Shown here: piece after piece, positions 23,700 through 36,635 of the stretch | Layout of the letters: each line of letters begins with the position of its first letter | Numbering within the stretch: the first letter of the stretch is position 1 | NCBI RefSeq assembly: GCF_006345805.1 | Contig: NC_043001.1 | Coordinates: 29,884,001 to 29,948,000 of the forward strand | Direction: 5' to 3' | DNA length: 64,000 bases | DNA from: Octopus sinensis | Lineage: Eukaryota | Made by a program: the position numbers and the translations under genes | Notes under the pieces: generated by a model | What the model saw: only the letters and a program-made list of their open reading frames with translations | What the model was told of the DNA's origin: nothing | Database searches by the model: none

Positions 23700-25200
23700 A
23701 CTGGAAACAGTGCTACAGAAAATGTCTAACAGGAAATTCCCAGGACAGGTTACTGGCTGAAGAATTTCGACCTCATACGATTGTATAGAGAAAGTATCAA
23801 GGGCATACAAAAACTGCCCCAATGATATCAACTGCAACCATTCTCCTTCATCCCCCAAAATAGCCAAACCGCTCTTGCTAAAAATTACCGTCTTGCCTGC
23901 AGAGACTATCATGTACACTGGGTGTTGAATCTGTTCTTGCAGAATCATTATGCAACCAACAACGTTATAAATCCTGATTAAGTTAGAAGAAAGAAGGAGG
24001 TGTGGAGTGGCATACAGCTGCTACTAATTAACAAAATGATCCAAGAAAAAAAAGCAAAGGCACAGGAACTTACCGTAAATCCTCGAGTATAATACGCAGG
24101 GGATTTTTAGGGGGCTATACTTCTGAAAAACTAAACCTTGTGTATAAACTTGAGTCAAGGAGGTCTATATAACGTCCTTGGTTTGTAAAAATGTATACGG
24201 TAACGTCCTTTATTATTAGTGTATATATAACATAATGCAAAGGTGTAACTTTTTTGTGCATTTAAAGAAGTAACAGTAATAACGTTTAATAAATGTTGCT
24301 AACTGCAAGTTATGGATGATTTAAGGCATTTTCGCGCCCGACATCACAAAATGCGTCTGAATAAACATTGCCGGATAGCAAATAGAGACTCGGACATTTC
24401 TTAGAAAATAATTTCAAATTTTCATTTTTAACATCGTATATAGTACGCACTAGGGATTTTGACCTTTAAATTTGGGGGGGGGGATGCGGATTATACTCAA
24501 GGATTTACGGTAACTGTTGTGTGGCTGGAATACCAGAACGTTTTTGATGGTATACCACATGGGTGGATTATGAAGGATTTTCAGTTAGCCAAAGTTTCAC
24601 TAATGAGTGCTATTGAATGTCTGATCAAGACTTGGTACGCCACTTTGCTCTTTAGGAGTGATAAGGAGCAAACTGAGTCGGATAATATTCACTACCAAAA
24701 AGGCATCTTTGACAGTGATATCCTGTCAATGTTACGCTTTATCTCCTCATTAAATCTACAATCATACCTGCTCACAAAACATAGTGACCAGAGAAATAGA
24801 TCCAGAAGTAGTTCCCATGTTTTCCTTGTCGAAGCTATATGGGCCAAATAATAACTACATAAAAAAGCAACAACTTAACCTTATAGCGCAATTTTCTATA
24901 GACATTGGGATGAAATTTCCTGAGTCCAAATGTACATTTTTAACAATAAAACGTGGGAAACTTGTGCCCTCTTCTGAACACCTAAGAATAGACGGCTTGA
25001 CGATACAACCTCTACGGACAGGTGACAATTATAGATATCTCGAACAAGATGAGAGTAACAGATATGACGTACCCATTAGTAAAGAAAGGGCCAAAAATGA
25101 ATATCTCAGCAGAGTGAAAAGAATATGGTCATCAGAACTCTCAGCTTACAAGAAGCATTCCCAGAAAAGAGCCAAAAGAGTATTACAGATTCTAATACCG
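23700..25200 (+). mobile_element. R4/Dong-like non-LTR retrotransposon RT fragment, split by a pogo MITE
   Basis: KMSNRKFPGQ, KNYRL, WLEYQNVFDGIPHGWI, KGIFDSDILS, FSIDIGMKFPESKCTFLTIKRGK. Confidence 0.75.
24073..24510. mobile_element. pogo-like MITE
   Basis: Same TIR as 10147, TA flanks. Confidence 0.9.
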
Positions 25201-25289
25201 TAATACTGGAGACAGCAAAGGAAAAATATTAGAGCATACAATTAAGATAACTTTGATCAAATTTTGTGCTCTCAAAACTGTGGAAATCT

Positions 25290-26885
25290 TGTTGGAAAAT
25301 ATATCGGAGAATAAACTTACAGCTGTTTCAGTAACACGCAGTTCTGTTAAGGAAGTGGCGGTTAAGTTACATAACCATTGACATCAAGGATCAAGATGAA
25401 CAGGGGATCAAAGTCACTGTATTTGACTATTCTCATGTTAAATCAGCTAATGTGACATTGTGTTCGCAGTTTCTGGTGTTTGCAAAGTATGTTCACTCAG
25501 GTTCTCTCAAAGAGGAGTTATTAACGACTTTTCTCTGTTATTCTCCTATTTAAACAACTTTCAAGACCTTAGATATGTATCACAGAATGAGAAAATCATT
25601 TGTGCAATAATTTCTGTGAGTGTTGTTATAGCAGAGCACCAATTACGAAGAGAACAAAATCTGGTTTGTATGAAAAAAGCGCCACCTAAAATAAAAAGCA
25701 GTCAGTGAATGGATTAACGCCAAGTACTTCCACTAAGGAATGTCCCAGATAAAAAATAATTAAATTGGGGATTTTATCAAAGAAGCAGCTAAATATTGAT
25801 GGAGACACATATCATCGTTTGCTTCTTTTTAACATTAAGAGGAAATGTACCTGAACTAGTACTTGAACTTAAATCACTATTACTGCAGTTTATTCATTTA
25901 TCTGTTTGTTCTGAATAAAATTAAATCTTTTGCCAGGCTGATTGATGAAGACTGAATTATACATCTTGTCCATTTAGCTGATATTTTTGAATAGGTAAAT
26001 ACACTAAATTTCCTGATACCAGGAAAGAAAACATGATTGTGTGGTTAAGAAATTCGCTTCATAACCACGTAGCTTCGGGTTCAGCCCCACTGCACGGTAC
26101 CTTATTCATGTCTTTTACTATAGCCTCGATCCTGCCAATGCCTTGTGAGTGATTTTGATAGACGAAAATGTGAGAAGCCGAGATACATGTGTCTTTGTGT
26201 TTGCTTGCCTCCACTGCTTGACAACCAGTGTTAGTTTGTTTATATCCTGTAACTTAACTGTTCTGAGTACCAGAACTAAAAGTGCTACTTTTAGTTCTGG
26301 TTCTCATTTCATCTATTAGATGGTGCTCCAGCATGGCTGCAGTCTAATACAGCTACAAATAAAATAGCAAAAGCTAAAAGTGCTTTCGGAATGAAGTGAG
26401 TCTCATTTCATCTATTAGATGGTGCTCCAGCATGGCTGCAGTCTAATACAGATACAAATAAAATAGCAAAAGCTAAAAGTGCTTTCGGAATGAAGTGAGT
26501 CGATATTTTTCTAAACTCAGATCAGGTTTTGGATTAGGTATGATATCCACTTAAATTGTTAGTTGAAAATTCTTGATTATGATGAACATGAATTTCTTGA
26601 GCTGAAAAATGAACCAAGAGTGAGAGATATGTTCTATAAGAAATTAATCACAATTCTTATTCTTTTATATGTGATTCTTATCCAAAAGTGGCAGAAAGAA
26701 CTATACATGTATTGCTTCCAATTGTGTCATCTTTGTGAGTCAGGTCTGTCAACTCTATTGCAAATGAAAGTGAAGTAACGAAGTAACTGAACATTATAAA
26801 TGACCTGTGTTGTTCCCTTTCATGCACTCCTCCGTGTATCCAAGAAATTACAACTAAAAAGTGGTCACAGGCTTCCCACTGACTG
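25290..26885 (+). mobile_element. hAT (Charlie-like) transposase remnant interrupted by a degenerate SINE B (26035-26360)
   Basis: LCESGLSTLLQMKVK...KWSQASH* resembles the hAT dimerisation-domain C-terminus. Confidence 0.65.
26302..26499 (+). repeat. 99-bp direct tandem duplication
   Basis: TCTCATTTCATCTATTAGATGGTGCTCC... starts at 26302 and again at 26401. Confidence 0.9.
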
Positions 26886-27093
26886 CGATTTTCATCGGAA
26901 TAAATGTATTACGATATGCGGGCATACTGTTGAACTTTTTGTCAGTTAAAGTACAATCTTTTTTCCTTTTGCCGAAACGTTAAGTTGCGGGGACGTAAGC
27001 ACACCAACACCGGTTATCAAGTGGTATTCATATACACATACACACGCACAAACACACACACACAACACACACACACACACACACACACAACAC

Positions 27094-27135
<42 letters not shown>

Positions 27136-27139
27136 ACAG

Positions 27140-29450
27140 TAAAAAATAAATACAGACATGGACAGAACATGAAACACCAAAGAGACGACACAAGAACCAC
27201 AGGACGGGACATTCGAAGCCCTCAGTCATCAGTCAAGAACCAGATCATCTTCGCAATTTCGGCTGATTATCTTGAGATTGCTCCGATCTGGGCAGCCCCC
27301 AAAGGAAAATCTAAGCCAAGCGCATTAGATCCCTTGGAAGAAAGCTTCCAATGTATACAACACGGGGACGGAAACGAAAAAGAACGAAGTACAAGAACAA
27401 AATACAGAATACGTGACAACAATAAGGAAAGCACGAATAAGAATACAAAAACGTAAAAACAATAACGTAAAGATAAAAACAAAACAAACCAGGACGTAGG
27501 ACAAGGGTCTTTCGACAGGACGAGTTGAGTTGGGGCTGGCTTGAAGTAGTGCCTAATGGCCGCGGGGAGACGAACAAATACGTGTTGCTTCGACGACTGC
27601 TGGAACGAAAAGGGCACCCAGCAGTGGCTAGCGGTCACGTGAGAACAAAAGACAGGAGAAAGGGACAGATGAAGAGAGAGAAGGTGGACGAGGGAGGAGA
27701 AGAAAGAGACAGATCGAGGGGAGTGGAGGTAAGATATATATATTATATATATATGAGTTTGGAGGGATATATTATCCGGCGGCTACTGTATTAGTTCTCA
27801 GTTGAATCCCAGTTGTTGGCTAACCACAATGATCAGTAACCAACGTCTGTGTCTACAATTGGTTGTTAGTTACTCAAGGAATTCTTCCGATGGGTAATTC
27901 CGATGTGCTCTACGTTGGACTGTAAAGGTTGTTTGGAATATATATTAATATTAATAATAATAAAGAGTATGGAGACTTGTACATCCACAAAATTTATTTT
28001 ATGGTTATATACAGCATATTATAAAAACCTACACGTGATTCCACTGCAGCGACTACTCTCTGTTGCAAATGCAACCTTGCAATATTGTCGGTGCAGCTTC
28101 ATCAGGATCCGTCCATTTGGTCGTTCTTGAAGTGAACTGTTTGATGTAAACTTTTGATAGATATCTGTGGGAGGTCGGCATGTTGTTATTTATAGGTATA
28201 TAAATAACTTCCTGACCTTAACTTCTCCCCAGTCGCTGTCCGAAGTTAGGGCTTGGTCTTAACATAGGTTAAAGTCAAGATTAGTGTTTGTATTTAAGGG
28301 TTCTTGTTTGTTTATATTAATTTTTGGGGGTTGGGTTGCTCCTTTATTTGTGTTGTACATTATGCAGGGCTTCCTTTTTTTAAATTATGTTTATTGAATA
28401 TTTTTTATTAAATATTTTTGTGTATAGGTTATATTACTACTGTTATTTATACTGAGCTTAAATGTTGCTGGGGCGTTGGCAATCAAGAATCATTTATACT
28501 TTTTAAAGGTCAGTCGGTGTTTGTGTAAATATCTCATGGCTTGTTCGTGTCTTGTATTAATGCGTGTTTTGATGTAAATAGTTAGTAAAGTTCTTCCACA
28601 CAGGAACTTTACCATCTATTTTCCCTTATTCAATAAGGCTTAGCAGTACTAATTAGTTCCCAATAGATAGAAAAACTATTGTTTTTGTTTTTAAATGGCC
28701 ATATTAGTTTACTTAAGCTTGTATTATTATCTTTTCCTAACTCTAAAGGAATTTAAATGATTGACCAATCTTTTTTTTTTAAAAAAGGGAGCTAGCACTT
28801 ATATAAAAGTATTCCCTACCCTCCAAGGTTACTTTACATCTATAAACCAGGTTCTTAGCTTTACATTTTGAATGTAATGGGCATATTTTATATCTAGCAC
28901 AGTTGCGACCTGTTTGTCTATTTCTATCATCTATTGTGTCATTGATTTCCCTAGGAGTTTGTTCCATTCTCTCTACCTCCGATCCTATATTATTTCTGAA
29001 TTCCCTACAGATATAAGTTTCGGTGCTGCTCTTTCTAGTGGTTCGGCCTTCCATTTCCATGCCCGTGAAAGGATTTGTTAGGATTTTTTTCCCTTTGACT
29101 GTTGGTTCTTCTGTTAGCATTCCCCCTTATTCCAGTGCATTCAGCTACGGTCCCATCACCTATATCCCTTCTGTTTTTATTTATTTCTTCCTTATTATTC
29201 AGATTCGAGTAACTAGGATTCCCCTGGAAGTTATATTGTTCACTTGCATTATGAGCCGCTATTATTTGTACCAGGTTGTGGCTATTGGAAAAGGCGGGAC
29301 ATGCATTATGTTTATTAAATATTTTGTAATATCTGCTATTTTTAAGAAAGTGCTTTTCTATCGCTGTATACAACAATCTAGGAATGTTGGAAATTATCTG
29401 TTTCGCGAATGAAACAATACATCACAACGTAGTTCTAGAATTTTTATTGG
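27140..29450 (-). mobile_element. Penelope-like element (GIY-YIG remnant plus downstream terminal repeat)
   Basis: CARYKICPLHSKCKAKNLVYRCKVTLEGREYFYI at 28780-28920; terminal repeat at 27140-27480. Confidence 0.75.
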
Positions 29451-29827
29451 TTTTAGTATTTATAGGTTTTGCACAGTCTTTAGTGAAAGTGTGTTTTATA
29501 TTTCCGCGGTGCTTGCCCTCGTGTGCAAGTCGCTTAGTATTGTATCCGTTAATTGTGCCCTGTGGGTGGGGGTCACGAGTTCATATGGTGGTTTATCTCA
29601 TTTCTAATGTACAACGTACTAAGGTTTCCACTGTTGTTTTGACTTTCGTATGGGGTACATACTCACTCGAATCATTGCTATTCTTTCCAGAGCTTGACAC
29701 TCTTTGGTTATGCCCTCTGCACTTATTCATCTTTGCTTTAACTTGTTTTTTTCATTCTCATATGGTGGTTTGGTGGGGTTTTACGGTTATTTTGTGTGTT
29801 ATAATCAGGTCCTGGATAAGTTGAATG

Positions 29828-30022
29828 TTGGTAATTTCACACCGGTAAATTCGTTGAATGTAGGTAATAACACACCGGTAAATTCGCAACCGGTAATTTC
29901 GTCCCCAGTAATTTCGCCACCTGTAATTTCGTCCCCGGTAATTTCGCCTCCGGTAAATTCTCCACTGGAAATTTCGTCCCCGGTAAATTCGCCACTGGTA
30001 ACTTCTGGTAATTTCATTCCCG
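29828..30022. repeat. 15-bp minisatellite (CGGTAATTTCGYCCC-like)
   Basis: About a dozen degenerate units; produces the ISSPV/TGDEI ORFs. Confidence 0.85.
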
Positions 30023-30297
30023 TAATTCCATCATAATAAGTATATTCTATACTTGGGACATACGACAGACACAGAGTAATCATCACATCGTAGTCAAGAC
30101 AAGTAGTACAATTTCACTGGCCCATTTTTATTTGCAAAATATATCTCATAAGTACTAAACCATCATAGTTTTGACACAGGAATATATTAACAATCAATTG
30201 AAAAAGTGTTTAGGCACAAAGAAAAAAATATTTATTTGTTGATAAATCTCAAATCTGACATTGAGAAATAGTTTCACGAAAGTAGTAATAACTAGCA

Positions 30298-30490
30298 TTC
30301 TGACGTAGGAAAATTGGTTTGGCAAAAATAGATGAACAGTCTGACATAGGTAAAATAGTTCCACAAAAATAACAGCTGATCACTTTTAGATAGGAAAAAT
30401 GATTTGAAAACTACAGCTGAACAGTGTGACATAGGAAAATGGTTTTACAAAAGTAGCTGGGCAGTCAGGCATAGGAAAAATGGTTCCACA
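30298..30490. repeat. Degenerate tandem repeat of about 43 bp
   Basis: TGACATAGGAAAA(A)TGGTT-like motif recurs five times. Confidence 0.65.
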
Positions 30491-30744
30491 CAACAAAGCA
30501 TTCTTAAAAATACTAATCTGTTTACAAATATTAGGTTGTCCGGAAAGTTCTCAGCGTTTTAAGCTAAATCTTTTAACGCTTTATTTAATTGTAATTCGAA
30601 TTGAAGTTATAGCCACGAAACGTACGTAGTCTTTTTACATATTATATACTGTTTATTTATTATTATGTACTTTTTGTGATCTAGCTATATGTTTTATCAT
30701 ATATATATTATATTATATATATCTATATATGTGTGTGTGTGTGT

Positions 30745-30789
<45 letters not shown>

Positions 30790-30790
<1 letters not shown>

Positions 30791-31090
30791 ATACAAACTG
30801 GGACAAGAACGCAAAACATTTAGAAGACGATACAAAAAACACGGACAGGACATTCGGAGCCTCCAATCTTCAGTTAAGAACCGGATCATCCTCGCAATTT
30901 CGGCTGATTAATCTTGAGATTGCTCCGACCTGGTCAGCCCCAAAGGAAAATCTAAGCCAAGCACATTAGATTCCTTGGAAGAAAGCCCCGAATGTATACA
31001 AAACAAGGACGGAAAAACAGACGATGTTACACGAATAAGAATACAAAATACGTAACAACAATAATGATAATAATAATAACAAAAACAGGA
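30790..31090 (-). mobile_element. Penelope-type terminal repeat (family of 27140)
   Basis: Strong similarity to 27170-27450. Confidence 0.75.
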
Positions 31091-31106
31091 CGTCACAGAC
31101 GCCATA

Positions 31107-31164
<58 letters not shown>

Positions 31165-31462
31165 TATGGCCTCGGGCCGACCAAAGCCTTGTGAGTGGAT
31201 TTGGTAGAAACTGAAAGAAGCCATCGTATATATGTGAATATATTTGTGCTTGTGTGAGTGAGTATGTCTGTGTTTGTATGCCCACCATCGCTTGACAACC
31301 GATGTTGGTATGCTTATGACCCCATAACTTAACGGTTCGGCAAAAGAAACCGATAGAATAAGTACTAGCCTTACAAAGAATAAGTCCTGGGTCGATTTTT
31401 TTCGGCTAAAGGTGATGCTCCAGCATGGCCGCAGTCAAATGACTGAAGCTAGTAAAAGAACA
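31165..31462 (+). mobile_element. SINE family B, 5'-truncated
   Basis: Starts at ACTATGGCCTCGGGCCGACC; tail present. Confidence 0.85.
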
Positions 31463-31526
31463 GAAAGCTATGCCATTTTAATCCCAAACAGCGCCGGGTA
31501 TCTCTGCTAGTATAATTATATATCTA

Positions 31527-31756
31527 TTTCTTTACTACCCACAAGGGGTTAAACACAGAGAGGACAAACAAGGATAGACAAACGGATTAAGTCGATTACA
31601 TCGACCCCAGTGCGTAACAGGAACTTTAATTTATCGACCCCGAAGGGATGAAAGGCAAAGTTGACCTCGGCGGAATTTGAACTCAGAATGTAACGGCAGA
31701 CGAAATACGGCTACGGATTTCGCCCGGCGTGCTAACGTTTCTGCCAGCTCACCGCC
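31527..31756 (-). mobile_element. SINE family A monomer with 24-bp TSD
   Basis: TCTGCTAGTATAATTATATATCTA at 31503-31526 and 31757-31780. Confidence 0.9.
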
Positions 31757-32329
31757 TCTGCTAGTATAATTATATATCTAAGAGAAATACATTTGACTGT
31801 TAAGAAGTGTTCTCCAACTCAACTTTATACACTATATGTTAGTGTATTAGCATTAGCTTGAGTTTAAAATAGATTCAAGTCGTTGAAAAAAAATGTGTTT
31901 GCATTTGTTTTCAAATGCTGATTTTTAACTAGTTTGGGTGTACCCCTTCCTTTTATTTGTATGGGAGTGCTTAATTTCAAACAAAAGATTTATATATATA
32001 TATTACTTCGACAAATTCAGTAACGCGAATGTTAACAGGAGGTATAATTTTATTTATTCACAAAAGTAGATAAGCAAGAATGTATATGTAAGATACACAA
32101 GATGTAAGATAAGCAAATGAATGCATATCTAAACAGTTTTTCTTTTCAAAGCGCAATATTTTTTATTGCGTTATATAGAGAAATAGAAATGTTTTTAAGA
32201 ATTGATCTTTCATTTAAATATCATCACCAGCTACAAAAGATCATATAGAAGTAACTTGTTATTTAAGTTCCAAGTCATCTCTGATTAATCAGAAAAATGT
32301 TCACAGGCATTGAAGTCGTTACAATCCCA

Positions 32330-32761
32330 TCTCTCTCTATATAAACGGCAGTTTGTCTGTCTGTGTGTCTGTCAGGTTGTATCCTCACTCTGACCACGGC
32401 TTTCAACCGATTCTGATGAAACTTGACACACACATAGCCCAATGTCATAATTCAAAACTAACGCAACGAAAATTTTGAAAAGTTCCCCCAGTTCTGAAAA
32501 AAATCGATAAATTCGACATGGGGTCGAGAATCTAAGCTTTTTATATGCAACACATTTTCTGTCTAGGGGACACAACTCGACCTTTTTATCGCCCAAAGGG
32601 ACAGCTAGGAACATCGTATACACAGAAGTATTCGAGTGAAGAGAAGACATTGCAACCTACACATGCGCCTTCATTCCCTAGAGGGAAAGGACTAGATTGG
32701 GATTAGTCGTTGCCTACTAGAGGCTCTTACATACCCGGGCAACGCCGGGCTATGCTGCTAG
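32330..32761 (+). mobile_element. Non-autonomous Helitron-like element
   Basis: A|TC start, subterminal hairpin CCCGGGCAACGCCGGG, CTAG|T end, no TSD. Confidence 0.8.
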
Positions 32762-33225
32762 TCCTTTATAAAGGTATCTCGGGCAACAGTATCTTATGAC
32801 ATATTTATGATGGTCAAGTATAATTTTCTTTTTAGACTTGGCTGCTCTTTCTAGCCAGACCAACATCAGTGTAGAGGCTCCAATCCATTGGCTCTAAAAG
32901 AAGTCAACATTACCAGGGGTTTCATATGCGTATTTATGTGTGTGTGTGTACACATATATGTAAATATATATAGTCATATGTGTAAATTTACATATATTTG
33001 TATGTATGTGTGTATATATATGTCTATATAGATATATATATATATATGTATGTATGTATGTATAGTTACACAGACACACACACACACACACCACACACAC
33101 ATACACACACACATATATGTGTGTGGTGTGCGCGCGCGTGTTTTCCAGCATATAAGACGCACTTTTCCCCAAATTCCCTCCCAAAAGTCCCCTTGCACCT
33201 TATATACTGGAAGTCAAGCTTTGTT

Positions 33226-33279
<54 letters not shown>

Positions 33280-33282
<3 letters not shown>

Positions 33283-33480
33283 AAAATGGGACAAGAACGC
33301 AAAACATCCAGACAGTTAGGTGATACAAAAAAAGGATATCAAAACATCCAGACAGACGATACAAAGAAAACAAGGACAAGTCATTCGGAGTTTTCTTTCT
33401 TCAGTCGAGTTCCAGGTTATCTTGCAATTCTGGCCGGTTATACTCGAGATTGCTCCAATCTGGCCAGCTCCAAGGAAAAT
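33280..33480 (-). mobile_element. Penelope-type terminal repeat, diverged subfamily
   Basis: GGGACAAGAACGCAAAACAT...CTTCAGTCGAGT...ACTCGAGATTGCTCC. Confidence 0.7.
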
Positions 33481-33741
33481 ATATAACATATATATATAAT
33501 ATATAAATATATGCATATATACATACATATATGTACTACCTACATATATATATGTATGCATACTTGCATATATGGGTACAGGACATCAAAAAAAAACGTG
33601 GGCAAAATGAGAAACGAGAATATAAAATGCAAAAACATAGAAAGCGAACAAACAGAGAAACGTGACAGGCTACATAAAGAACATTCCCTTCATCAGCTGT
33701 CCTCTGTTTTATCTACCCCGCATTTCGAAAGTATATATATA

Positions 33742-35005
33742 CAGGGATTGGACAAAATAATGGAAACACCTTAAATTTTCAAACAAATTATTTTTATATG
33801 GAGTATGACCGCCTTTGGCAATAATTACACCTTGAATTCTATGAGGTATGGACTCATACAGAGTTTGAATTGTTTCCAATGGAATATTTGTCCATTCTTC
33901 AGCTAAAACAGTCTCCAGTTCTTGTAGGGATGATGGTGGAGGATATCGGACTCCTTACTTGTTTTTCTAAAATGCACAATAAATGTTCACTAATATTAAG
34001 ATCCGGGGACTGTGGTGGCCAGATAAGATGTTCAACTTCACTAGAACGTTCCTCATGCCATTCAGTAACAACTTTAGCTGTGTAAATTGGTACATTATCA
34101 TCCTGAAATATTGCGTTTCCCTCCGGAAACAGTTCCGCAACCACAAGATGAATTTGATGAGATAACATGCTTAAATAGTCTTCACTGTTAATTCTGCCAT
34201 GAAGGGAAACCATTGGGCTGGTGAATTTCTAAGATATACCCCCCACCGCTCCAGATCATCACAGATCCTCGTCCATGTTTAACAGTTGGAAGAAGGCAGT
34301 CTGGGTCAAATGCTTCTTTTGGCTGTCTCCACACGTATACTCAGAAATAAGGTAATGGATGAAACGTCCGAGAAAATTACATTCTTCCACTGCTCTAGGG
34401 ACCAAGTCTATAGGTTTTTATTCCACTCTAAACGCTTTGCAACGTTTGTTTTTGAAAGTAGTGGTTTTCTGATTGTAGCCCTACCGTGAAATCCGGCTTT
34501 GTGCAGCCTCCGGCGAACAGTTTATGTGGAAACTGAGTCCCCTAGGTGGTGATTAAGCTCTGCAGTAATTTTGGGAGCTGTACTTTTGTTATCCTTTCTA
34601 ACAATTCGCGTAAGAATTCGAGAGTTCCTATCTGAAAGTTTTGGTTTTCTTCTGGAGTTTTGTTTCGACGAGGAGGTTTTTCCCTCTTTCTCAAATGCAG
34701 TTATTACTTTCGAGACAGTGCTTCTTGATACACCAAACATTTCGGATGTTTTCGTTACGTCTGCCATACGAGCACCAACACTTTGACCTCTATGGAAGTC
34801 CAATAGATCTGTCATTTTAATGAATTCTAGTTACATTTTTCTGATGCTATCTGAAAAGAAACAGCAATTTTAGCAAAACATACTAAGCAACACAAATAAT
34901 AAATTTTAAAAACTCGAAAATAAACAAGCTTTTGTTGAGTTTATAGATATTCCAAAATTATGATGCTATGATGCCAAGTGTTGCCATTGTTTTGTCCAAC
35001 CCCTG
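33742..35005 (-). mobile_element. Full-length Tc1 transposon (1264 bp), transposase decayed
   Basis: TIR CAGGG(A/G)TTGGACAAAA, TA flanks; paired-type HTH start MTDLLDFHRGQ, FQDDNVPIYT, WPPQSPDLNISE; stops and frameshifts. Confidence 0.95.
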
Positions 35006-35324
35006 TATATATATTTATATATATGTGTATGTATATATGTATATGTATGTATACACATGTATATGCACACACACACACACACCCACAAACAAACACACAA
35101 GTAGGTGCGCAAGTTCTAAGTGGAGAGTGATAAAATGACTCCTATATGAGCAAATACACACACACCTACACGCACACACACTCACATACACACACACACA
35201 CACACACACACATACATACATACATACATACATACATACATACATACATACATACATACATACATACATACATACATACATACATACATACATACATACA
35301 TACATACATACATACATACATACA

Positions 35325-35578
35325 TCATGGCTGCCCCCTCGTTATCGAGTATGGCCATTGCACGAAGCTTAACTGTTATTGGTGCTGTGATCGAATGAGA
35401 CTTTTTAGCCCAGCCAAAGATCTACAATGTCTTGTACAGAATTGGCAACTAAAACCTTTACTGGTAATAGCCGGCTGTAGTTGTAACTGGGCTTCATGTA
35501 CCTTTGCATGTCGTTTAAGTCCTCCTGCCGAATTACACTCTCTTCCACATGCCCGACAGATATGATTAGTATGGTGTG

Positions 35579-35609
<31 letters not shown>

Positions 35610-36235
35610 CATACATACATACATACATACATACATACATACATACATACATACATACATACATACATAGGTACGTACGTACGACTTCTTTTTGAGCCAA
35701 TGAATTGGAGCCTCGACACTAATGTTGATCTTGCTAGAAAGAGCTGCCAAGTCTAAAAAGAAAATTATACTTGACCATCATAAATATGTTATAAGATACT
35801 GTTGCCCTTGATACCTTTATGAAGGATGGAGTTGTAACGGCTTCAATACTTGCGAGCATTTTCCTGATTGATCAGAGATGGCGTGGAACTTAACAAGATA
35901 CAAGCAAGATACGTAGGAGGTGCATTCCAGAAGTTTTGAGATTATTGTAGGATAGGCAGTTATAAGTCTCCTAGATTGTTGTAATTTTAGTATATCATTA
36001 CTATACCTCTAATAAGCTGACATTCTAACTTTTCACTCTAGATTGAAGGATACAGCTGTAACAGCACTTTGAACACACTCTACTAAACACTTCTTGTCAC
36101 AGCTGACTAGTTTTCAGAATGCAGTCGGGACGTGAAGACAATTTAGAAGCTCGCTAACAGAAACTTAGAAATTCTCCAAAATGCTTATAGATAAACTAGT
36201 ATGAGCCGAGCATCTGTTTTTCACTAGCACAGAAT
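35325..36235 (-). mobile_element. RTE LINE 3' fragment with two C2H2-like motifs, interrupted by (TACA)n
   Basis: HICRACGRECNSAGGLKRH and FSCQFCTRHCRSLAGLKS; related fragment at 32760-32890. Confidence 0.7.
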
Positions 36236-36248
36236 GTTGAAGGATGAT

Positions 36249-36635
36249 GGGGAAGCACTCCGTCGGTTACGACGATGAGGGTTCCGGTTGATCCGAATCA
36301 ACGGAACAGCCTGCTCGTGAAATTAACGTGTAAGTGGCTGAGCACTCCACAGACATGTGCACCCTTAACGTAGTTCCCGGGGATATTCAGCGTGACACAG
36401 AAAGTGACAAGGCCGGCCCTTTGAAATACAGGTACAACAGAAACAGGAAGAAAGAGTGAGAGAAAGTTGTGGTGAAAGAGTACAGCAGGGATCACCACCA
36501 TCCCCTGCCGGAGCCTCGTGGAGCTTTTAGGTGTTTTCGCTCAATAAACACTCACAACGCCCGGTCTGGGAATCGAAACCGCGATCCTATGACCGCGAGT
36601 CCGCTGCCCTATCCACTGGGCCATTGCGCCTCCAC
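36249..36635 (-). mobile_element. tRNA-derived SINE family C
   Basis: Head GTGGAGGCGCAATGGCCCAGTGG; 13-bp TSD GTTGAAGGATGAT. Confidence 0.9.
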
